Source: Eledone cirrhosa
Taxonomy: Eukaryota
NCBI GenBank assembly: GCA_964016885.1
Contig: OZ024743.1
Span: 124,930,001-124,994,000 of the forward strand
Length of the DNA: 64,000 nt
Direction of reading: 5' to 3'
In this document: positions 54,651-64,000 of the stretch, in pieces
Numbering within the stretch: the stretch's first letter is position 1
Layout: every line of letters starts with the position of its first letter
Program-made: the position numbers and the translations under genes
The notes under the pieces: generated by a model
What the model was told of the DNA's origin: nothing
Databases searched by the model: none
Seen by the model: only the letters and a program-made list of their open reading frames with translations

Positions 54651-56973
54651 TTATTTTACTGAATCCACTTTAAAAAAAGACAGTAAATAGGTAGAACTAT
54701 CAGTGTGCCAGACAATTACTTTTCGAAATTTATTTATGGTTCTCTGTTTCCAGAGTTCAAATCTCTCCGCAGTTAACTTTGTTTTTCATCTTTCGGTCCG
54801 GGATAGATAAAATATGTACCAGTCAAATATTTAGGTGCTCGCTTTACTTCAGCATAGGCCCAAGTCTTTTCAAGTTTCTTAATACTGTTAACAATAAGAT
54901 TTCGCCACTGGACTCTGTCTGTTGCAAGATTTTCTTGTGTTTCGGTGTTGATTTTAATCTCCTTCGGGGTATCTTTCCGGTAGTCTTTAAATTGCTTGTG
55001 TGGCTTGCAAAATTTCTCTATACAATACTTGTTTTGGGAGTCTAGGCTTACCAGGCGACCTGACTATGCTGTTTCATGATCATGGTCTCCATGCTTGGCA
55101 GATATGACGGAATTCCCCACACTTTCTGTCTATTATATTTTAGTCACAAGGCATTGGTCAACCCGAGGTTATAGTAAAATACATTTGCCCTATGTTCCAC
55201 GCATTAGACCTGAAACCCGAGACGTGGTTGCGAAGCAAACTCCTTTACTACAAAGCCATACCTGTCAAGTTTCTAATACTAGGATTTTTTTCAACACGAT
55301 GACGCGTATGTGTATGTGTGTGTATGTGCATATGCATACATTTATATGTATGAGTATATAAATATAAGCGTGCAAACACAGACACACAATAATACACACA
55401 CACAGACATACATTCACACAAATACACATACATTCGCACAAACACACGCACATACAGTTACACAAACACACACACACATACACTCTCACACAGCGTATCA
55501 AATGGAACGCCAACCGTTGTTTTGCTGTAGTTTTTTCGCCACCATCTCCCTTCCTTTTACACATACATTCACACAAACACACACACAAATATTGTGTGAC
55601 GGACGAAAGTCGCTCAAATTTATATATAAATAGATACATGAACTTTCATTTCGAATAATAACTCGCTGTATGATATTTTAATTCCATCTATGTGCAGGCA
55701 TAACTGTGTGGTAAAGGAGTTTTGCACAAACACACTCTTGTCTACCAAATTTCACTCACAAGACATTACTTAATTCGAGGTTATAGTAGAATTTGAAAGA
55801 ATGTACGTGTGTGTATGTTTACGTTTGTGTCTGTTCGACAAAAAGATATCTTTAAAATAAATACCAGGCTTGAAAGAGATAAGTACTGGGGCCGATATAA
55901 TAGACTTAATCAAGACAGTTCCCCACCATACCCCGGCTTAATGACTGAAATCAGTAAAACAATAAATAAATAAAAGAATATCTGTGATAAAGAATGAACT
56001 ACAAGTCAAATCAGATCACCGATAGAAACGATTTTTGTTGTTGTTGTCATCGCCCCGTCGCCGTCGCCGTCACCACCACCGCCGCCGCTGTCGTTGTTTT
56101 GTTGTTGTTGTTGTTCTTAAAAACTTTAAAAAATGTTATTATTTCTTCTTCTTCTTCTTCTGTTTCCTATTTATATTTTCCAGCGGTGTCGTCTGCCACG
56201 CTATCGTCTGCCATCTGCCACGCATCGTCATCTGTGTCATATGTGACATTTATTTATATACCTGTTCGCCTTGTTATGAGGTTTTTGCCACATCATAACA
56301 TAAGCCACATCATATTACTTTGGGTAGTATGATGTGGCAGATGATGAAATCAAGTGGTTAAATAAAAAATGAAAGAAAGACGGAAACAAAATACACACGA
56401 AGGGAAATGTTACCTCATACAGCGAACCATCTATCTATCTATCTATAACATTTTACACGTTTTTATTGTATGTAAACTTCCCCCTTTGTATTTGTCCCCT
56501 TCTTTTGTGCCCCTGTGGCTAATAAAGAAATATATCTATCTGTATCTATTTGAAAGAATGACACACACACAAATATATGTGTGTGTGTTTTATATTATTA
56601 TTATTTGGATTAGCAGTATCGGTAGGGCGCCGGACAACACGCTTTGTAACAGAGTTACTTGTAACATCTTATCTCATATCTCTCTCTCTCTCTCTCTCCC
56701 TCTTTATATATATATTTGAAACATAACATAATAAAATTGTAATATTATAAAATTAAATTGTTTAGAACACCAACTACAAGTGAAGTCATTCTTTCCCTTT
56801 TTTCAAATATACCTAACTGTACCAAGGATTTCACACATTTTCCAATATATATATATATATATAAACGTTTGTATTTGTAAAGCCAAAGCAATGCAGGTAT
56901 GGATATAGAATATAAATGCAAATGCAAAAGATATTGTTGACAATTAGTCTTTTACCTTAAATTTATTTAAATA

Positions 56974-57010
56974 TCCTTAATTTTCGAGATAATATCTCTT
57001 CTTCGGAGGG
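56974..57010 (-). ncRNA. Degenerate minimal hammerhead
   Basis: CCT-CCGAAGA-A-GAGAT ATT ATCTC-GAAA-AT-TA-AGG; U4 changed to C. Confidence 0.5.
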
Positions 57011-57289
57011 AAGTAAAGTGGTTATATATATAACGAAGGAAGTGTGGTAAGGAACCAGATGGACCATAACGCACCAGAGTACTCAATACTTAGGGTAGTA
57101 GAGTGGGTAATAGGAAAATGTTTAATCCCGTCGGGGTTAAACATTTTCCTATATATATATATATATATAAACGGAAAAAATGAAACGAAATTCCATTTCT
57201 CACTCTTGGTACGGCTGTTACTTAAATATAAGTATGTATACGTACATACATATATGTATACAGGCGTACAGTAGTATGTATATATACTA

Positions 57290-57363
<74 letters not shown>

Positions 57364-57505
57364 CATGCACACATATATATATGTACGTATGGATTCACCG
57401 AACATTTATTATAATGCTCGGTGTGTTTTTAAACAAACATCCCGAATTAAGCCGTACAGTGTCTAGCAACCATCGTTGCTCATTTGTTCAACACTGACAA
57501 AGGAA

Positions 57506-57546
57506 AGCTGTACTAGTTTCAAACTCATTAGCTATCGTCAGCAACG
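57506..57546 (-). ncRNA. Type I hammerhead (array copy 1)
   Basis: CGTTG-CTGACGA-T-AGCT AATG AGTT-T-GAAA-CTAG-TA-CAGCT. Confidence 0.75.
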
Positions 57547-57792
57547 TATACCTTCCTGCCATGGTTGAACGTCTGAAAGTATATACTTTCCTTATGCATA
57601 TTAACGGCTGAGCAGCCTAATTTGCATATCGAGTGAGTTAATCGGCCGGGGTACCGAAAACGATAAACGGAAAAAATGAAGCGAAATTTCATTTCTCACT
57701 CTTAGTACGGCTGTTACTTAAATACTACTGTACGTCTGTATACATATATGTATGTACGTATACATACTTATATTTAAGTAACAGAAGGTATA

Positions 57793-57833
57793 CGTTGCTG
57801 ACGATAGCTAATAAGCTTGAAACTAGTACAGCG
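57793..57833 (+). ncRNA. Type I hammerhead (array copy 2, best preserved)
   Basis: CGTTG-CTGACGA-T-AGCT AATA AGCT-T-GAAA-CTAG-TA-CAGCG. Confidence 0.82.
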
Positions 57834-57977
57834 TTCCTTTGTCAGTGTTGAACAAATGAGCAACGATGGTTGCTAGACACTGTACGGCTTAATTCGGGAT
57901 GTTTGTTTACAAACACACCGAGCATTATAATAAATGTTCGGTGAATCCATACGTACATATATATATATGTGTGCATG

Positions 57978-58014
<37 letters not shown>

Positions 58015-58239
58015 TACTGTACGTCTGTATACATATATGTATGTACGTATACATACTTATATTTAAGTAACAGCCGTACTAAGAGTGAGAAATGAAATTT
58101 CGTTTCATTTTTTCCGTTTATCGTTTTCGGTACCCCGGCCGATTAACTCACTCGATATGCAAATTAGGCTGCTCAGCCGTTAATATGCATAAGGAAAGTA
58201 TATACTTTCAGACGTTCAACCATCTGGCAGGAAGGTATA

Positions 58240-58280
58240 CGTTGCTGACGATAGCTAATAAGCTTGAAACTAATACAGCG
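58240..58280 (+). ncRNA. Type I hammerhead (array copy 3; stem III G to A)
   Basis: Same as copy 2 except CTAA in place of CTAG. Confidence 0.72.
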
Positions 58281-58428
58281 TTCCTTTGTCAGTGTTGAAC
58301 AAATGAGCAACGATGGTTGCTAGACACTGTACGGCTTAATTCGGGATGTTTGTTTACAAACACACCGAGCATTATAATAAATGTTCGGTGAAACAAACAA
58401 AACACAGGAGGCAATTTTTACATAGGTT

Positions 58429-58860
58429 TTCCACCCTGACTATACCTTCAGATGTATGCCTGTAATTATTGGGGGGCTGGGATATGTTAGTAACTGTCTC
58501 AATACAAATCTTGAGAATCTGGGCTTCACAGAAACAGAAGGAACACGACCAGCTAGGAAATTACAAGTACAATCCATTGATGGAACAGTAAAAATGTCTA
58601 AAACATTCCCAACATTCTGCATCTAACAACTGCATATACAAATACAAAGCATATGCACATGCACACATACAATTCAAAACATCCACATCTACACATACAA
58701 TAAGATCCATACATGTACACACATGCATGCATGCAGACATGCATACATATCTACCTAGTTGATGTTGTGTAAATTCCAATGTGAGAGTCTTGTAACTATG
58801 TTAGAAACCGACTCTCTCTATTGGTAAAAATTTATGAAATTATAAAACCAGAAGAACATA
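58429..58860 (+). pseudogene. R4/Dong-like (RLE-type) non-LTR retrotransposon 3' end
   Basis: FHPDYTFRCMPVIIGGLGYVSNCLNTNLENLGF...KLQVQSIDGTVKMSKTF (stop at 58626), followed by a UTR and (CATA)n. Confidence 0.7.
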
Positions 58861-59224
58861 CATACATACATACATACATACATACATACATACATACATA
58901 CATACATACATACATACATACACGCACAGTCACACACGTAAAGTCACACACGCACACACACAAACACACTATTAGCGAAATATCCAGGGTAAGATTATAT
59001 GTATTCTTACTAATTTCTTACTTTTATAAGTATAAATGAACATCACTCATACAAAGGGAGATAACTGCTGTCGCATGGTGGATCACACGTACACCCACTC
59101 ATGCACACACATTCACACATGTCTATACGTAAACATGTTAGATAATAGACTTCAGTCAAGTCCGACGTCGAATTTCGACTTGCTTGAACAACGCAACAGC
59201 TTGCTTATAAAATTAACAGACACG

Positions 59225-59380
59225 TGTAGTCTTTGAATTACAGGTACAACTCATTTTGCCATTTGCGTGGACTGGAGAAACGGGAAAAAAAGTGTCTTGC
59301 TCAGTAACATAACGCACTGCTGGGGATTGAACTCGTGACATTACGATCGTGAGCCGCATACACTAACCACAAAGCCACGT
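59225..59380 (-). mobile_element. Diverged CORE-SINE
   Basis: GTGGCTTTGTGG, GAGTTCAATCCC, TGAGCAAGACACTT on minus. Confidence 0.65.
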
Positions 59381-59407
59381 AGTTATATGTATACACGTAC
59401 GCGTGCG

Positions 59408-59459
<52 letters not shown>

Positions 59460-59806
59460 CTTTTTTCACTTTCTACCTGACACGCAAGCATAAACAATAA
59501 ATGATCTAAAAATGGAAAAAAACAAACGAGCTAAGAATTCATTTAACTTGAAAACCGCTATAAATAATTACAGCAGTTTAAGAAACAACAAACAGAGAAT
59601 AATGACAAAACACGGTTATAATTTCAATTGATTAAATATATACATAAATAACATTACAAATGCCTCGGTAACACTACAAAGGATGATACAATGAAATATA
59701 TATTCCTTCAATGCTACAATATTAAAGAAAATGTAAAGGAAGGGGTGAATAATGGAGCCAACACCAGAGCAAAAGACAGCAACGTCGCGAGTATTGGGCA
59801 ACCTCT

Positions 59807-60095
59807 CTAATGATTTTTGAGGCAAGCCAGCACACTCGCAGCGTTGCCTCGGGTGATGGCGAGGCTGATGCGCTGAAACAGCCAAGCACCCTCGCGAGAT
59901 TCGCCAGTCACCTCTATTAGGCGAGCCGCCAGTGAGGAAAGGAACCTCGCAGTCAGCGGCCCGATTCCCCCAAACGTCTCGAAAGCCACATGTTGAACAA
60001 TGTAGGTGGCCGACAGATCAGAGTATTTGAGGGTCTTACTCCGCTCGGCTGCAGAAGCTGTGGCTCTCGTCCTAACCGCAGCATCCAGGATAACA
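59807..60095 (-). pseudogene. CRE-like non-LTR retrotransposon C-terminal RLE domain fragment
   Basis: AAERSKTLKYSDL...AFETFGGIGP...FL..L..RL...TGESRE..WLFQRISLAITRGNAASVL. Confidence 0.8.
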
Positions 60096-60524
60096 TTTGT
60101 GTATTATTCTATGTACTATATTGACGAGTTGTAGTGCACCTGAGCACTTTACACAATAATTTCATTATTATTTATGTGGGAAAGAGCAAAAGAGTCACTA
60201 ACAGAGATTAATATTTTTAAAATTAATACATTACGTATGTTAGCACTGACTTTACTATTTGTTTTTCATGCAGCTGGTTTACCTAGGTATTTCCCACTCG
60301 AAAATTATTTTACGATAAGTAGAGATAAGAAAATAAATGCAAACACTAGAAACGGAGAGCAGGAGCTAATAAAAGAAAATATCCTATTTAATCAGAAGAG
60401 AAAAAAATTATTTTAAAAAAACTAAAAAAGCAGCGAGCCGAAGAAGAAATCTCTACGCTGTAGCTCGATCTACTAGAAATAGCTGTTAAATATCACTCAA
60501 ACCACAGCATACTGTTTTACTTAT

Positions 60525-61202
60525 GGCTTCTAATTTAGGCACAAGGCCAGTGGAAGCGAAAGTCGATTATATTGACCTAAGTATTAAACTCGTACTTTAT
60601 TTTACCGACCCCCAAAGGATAAAAGGCTAAGTTGATCTCTGAGGGATTTGAACTCAGAAAGTATAGAGCTGGGACAAATACTGGAAACATCTGTCCAATG
60701 CTCTAAAGATTCTGCCAATCCACTGCCACATTCTGTCTTAATGGTTTCTGATATAGGCACAAGGCCAAATATATTGTCTTAATAATTGTTTCTACTTTAG
60801 GCACAAGGCCAGCAATTACCCAGTGCATTACCGGTACTTTATTTTATCGACCCCGTAAGGATGAAAGGCAAAGTTAACCTCGGCAGGATTTGAACTCAGA
60901 CCGTAAAGGGACGTAACTATGCTGGAAAGCATGGCGTCCGACCCTCTACCGATACTGCCAATCCACCGCCCTTTGTCTTAATAATGGTTTCTTATATAGG
61001 CACAAGGCCAGTAATTTTTGGGGAGGGGAAAGTCGACTAAATCGACCCCAGTACGTTACTGGTGTTTTATTTTATCGACCCCGTAAGGATGAATAGCAAG
61101 GTTAACCTCGGCGGGATTTGAACTCAGACCGTAAAGGACCGTAGCTCTATGCTGCAAAGCATGGTGTCCAACTCTCTACCGATACTGCCAATCCACTGCC
61201 CT
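60525..61202 (-). mobile_element. Cluster of three MetaSINE-like SINEs
   Basis: Copies at about 60525-60728, 60782-60972 and 60980-61202, separated by repeated TGTCTTAAT(AAT)GG. Confidence 0.85.
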
Positions 61203-61399
61203 ATACTGTCTTAATAATGGAAGGACATATTGAATGATGCAGTCCTAGATATACATAAAGACTGGGTGGTCATGGCTGGAAAGCCTTTGATCTTAGGTCT
61301 ATTCAACCAGTGCTGACTTGGAGTTAAATAACACCAAGTTCAAGAACTAAGAACTGGTCTGTATACAATTTGCCTTAAATGCATAGATATATAGTGAAT

Positions 61400-61700
61400 G
61401 TACATGGCTGAATACTTAAGATGTTGGGTTTATGATCCTCAGGTCGTGAGTTCCATTTTTGGTTTGGCTAGCGCATTATGTCTCCAATTCTTTGAGCAAT
61501 GAAAAAGAAAATGAGTTGTGACTGATGCCAAGCTAAATTGGCATTTGCCTTTCCCTTGGATAACATCGTTCATGTAGAGAAGAAAGATTGGCATACTCGA
61601 TCGGCTGCTAGTCTTCCACAAATACAATTTGCCCAGGCTTGCGCCACGGAGAGAAATTTCTAGGTGCAAACCCACGGTCAGTCATGACCGAGAAAGGTGA
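61400..61700 (+). mobile_element. Diverged tRNA-derived SINE
   Basis: Degenerate A/B boxes, CTTTGAGCAA, and a distinct 3' domain. Confidence 0.5.
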
Positions 61701-62688
61701 GGATGGATTCATATGGATAGAGTGTAATGTGCCTGTGTCAAACCTGTCAACTCTCCCCGTCAGACGAAGAGATCTCCCATCCACTTTGGGGTGGGTGAGA
61801 GATGTCTTCTCTTGTGAAAAATTGGTATAGCTTTCATTATGAAAAATCTCCCCATTTTACCTCATTTCTCTCCGTTTTGGAGCACCTTTTTTCATGGTAC
61901 ATTAATGATTAGTAATTTGTTTAAGTGTTAATGTGCATCCAACCGGTTCTTATGGGTATGCAAATCATTCTTTGTACTAAATAGGTTTCTCACTCCTGTA
62001 ATAAAGAACACCCTTTGTCTCTGGCTAGACATTAGTCGTATAACTCACCGCTGTAAGTGTAACAGAAGCATTTTACTGAATTTCTTTTTATAAATATCTC
62101 GTGAGACTATTTAACTATTTCAACACCTTAGTCTCTCTATCACCTGTGGCAATGCTGTGAATGTTTTGGGTTTGCCCCCAAAAAGATAGAGGGAAACACC
62201 TGCATTTCTTGTTGTAACGTATAATTGAGTGTGCATGTCTTCTCCCTATCCCCAACTTTATTTTTTTCCTGATTAATTGATTTCTAATTTAAGCTCAAGG
62301 CTGGTAAATTTTTGGGAAAGGTAAAGTTCACTAAATCAACCCTGTCTATCGATTTTATTCGTGTTAACGTAGATTGCTGACGTAGATGATAGAGTATAAG
62401 ACACATCACTTTAATACGAAAAAAAATAACGTCTGTTCCCTTACACGTTGTATCATTGGGTGTGGTGTAGTTGTAGTGGGGGATATTGAAGAGTAGAACA
62501 TATTGTACAGTGATACGTCGAATCACATCAATAATTTCTGTCTCTCTCTCTCTCTCCACACGTGTGTCTGTGTGTGTGGATGTATATATATATTATTAAC
62601 ACAGGTTACTGTATATATATATATATAATATAATATTATAATAAAATGACAGGAGGCTGGACTTGTGTAAATCCTTGAAAGGTTTATT

Positions 62689-62746
62689 ATACTATGATCA
62701 TTTCAATGACCGGGTTCCATATGAATCCGGTGATATCATCAGGTAT
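62689..62746 (-). ncRNA. Type I hammerhead ribozyme (U10.1-U11.1 variant, long stem II)
   Basis: ATAC-CTGATGA-T-ATCACCGGATTC ATATG GAACCCGGTCAT-T-GAAA-TGATCA-TA-GTAT. Confidence 0.82.
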
Positions 62747-63438
62747 TCGAAATACAATAAATGAATGTAATAGGTAAAATCCATGGGGCTGAAAATCAAA
62801 GACAGGAGGACGACCGACCATCTAGCACCTTCCACTTTAGCCGGTCGCCCTCAAGTGTTGGCTATTTGGTCTACTTGAGGCCATCTGGTGTGTGTGTGTG
62901 GGGGGGGGGGGGGTAAAGCTTTTAGTGTGCTACTACCCTCCCTGGTCAAATAGAAAGGAGGGGGAAGATAAGTCAGCGTTAATATCATGCTACACGAAAA
63001 AGGACAGAAAGAAGGGGGAAGAAAAGGAAGAAGAAGAAAAGGCAGCGTTAGTGTCGAGCTACAAGAAGAAAGACAGAAAGAAAGAGGAAGAGAAGTCCGT
63101 ACTAATGTCAAGCTAGTCAGGCCAGGAGTGGCGCGAAAAAATGTTATTCTAAAGGACCCGTATCTTAACAGAGGTATATATTATAACAGAGGTAAATATA
63201 GTGGGGGTCTGCATGTTATAATGTGTGAGCAGAAGATTGAAACGTTAAATTTTGTTTAGATCTATAGGGTGAAGTTACAAAAATTCAATATTTAATATTA
63301 ACATTATAAAATTAAAGAAATTAGAAAATTGAAAATTAAACAGTTTAAAATTTTTAAGGTTTTAGTTACGAGGTTTAAGTAAAGAAAGTCTTTTATGAAG
63401 AAACTTTTATGAAGAAACTTAAATATATATATATATAT

Positions 63439-63751
63439 ATATATTAAGACAGGGGGGAAGAAAAAATGGCTTCACTTGTGCTTTCAATAAATTTATTTTC
63501 TTCACAAAATCCCAAAAGAATTTTTTTTCCGGATTAGAAAAAAAATTTTTTTTTTTTTTTTTTTTTTCTTAAAAAAAATTATTTTATAAATTAAGTTAAT
63601 TTATAAAATAATTTTTTTTAAGAAAAAAAAAAAAAAAAAAAAAAAAATTTTTTCTAATCCGGAAAAAAAATTCTTTTGGGATTTTGTGAAGAAAATAAAT
63701 TTGTTGAAAGCACAAGTGAAGCCATTTTTTCTTCCCCCCTGTCTTAATATA
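63439..63751. repeat. ~155-bp-arm near-perfect palindrome centred near 63595
   Basis: TTAAGACAGGGGG...TAAATTAA G TTAATTTA...CCCCCTGTCTTAA. Confidence 0.85.
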
Positions 63752-64000
63752 CCTAACTGTACCAAGGATTACACACATTTTCCAATATATATATATATAT
63801 ACACACACACATATATATATGTGTGTTATGTTATTACGCTTGTATGTATGTATGTATGTATGTATGTATGTATGTATGTATGTCTGGAGATCTCTCTGCA
63901 CTTGTCATCACATGGTACAATGGGCCCAGCACTATGTGTCAATAATTGTCACAGGTGTAGTGTTTGTACCAGAGTTTTCAAGTCGCTGCCTGGACTAAAA

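Larger units (their letters stand above)
57166..58390. mobile_element. Retrozyme/PLE-pLTR-like tandem plus inverted repeat with three hammerheads
   Basis: 57166-57724 is terminally redundant; 57784-58390 is its inverse with 447-bp periodicity; one HHR per unit. Confidence 0.85.

Overview
AT-rich, repeat-saturated metazoan genomic DNA; the repeat repertoire suggests a cephalopod such as Octopus (inference). I found no intact host protein-coding gene. Most ORF-track entries are translations of (TA)n/(CA)n microsatellites or retroelement fragments. Contents: a near-full-length, frameshifted RTE-clade LINE (33.6-36.9 kb) with many 5'-truncated relatives; BovB-type RTE, CR1, Tx1/L1, R4-like and CRE-like LINE remnants; tRNA-headed CORE-SINEs carrying the RTE 3' tail; MetaSINE-like copies; MITEs; a gag-only LTR element (51.8-53.7 kb); Penelope-like (PLE) GIY-YIG remnants; and possible minus-strand non-coding exons (17.3 and 11.3-11.6 kb). 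The main signal is about 15 type I hammerhead ribozyme (HHR) motifs or remnants, mostly in short islands inside TA microsatellites. They include core variants (U3:A8, U10.1-U11.1, a 20-nt insertion after A9), a retrozyme-like 447-bp tandem/inverted array (57.2-58.4 kb), and fold-back palindromes centred at or next to predicted cleavage sites. All RNA structures were paired by eye and need computational and biochemical confirmation.
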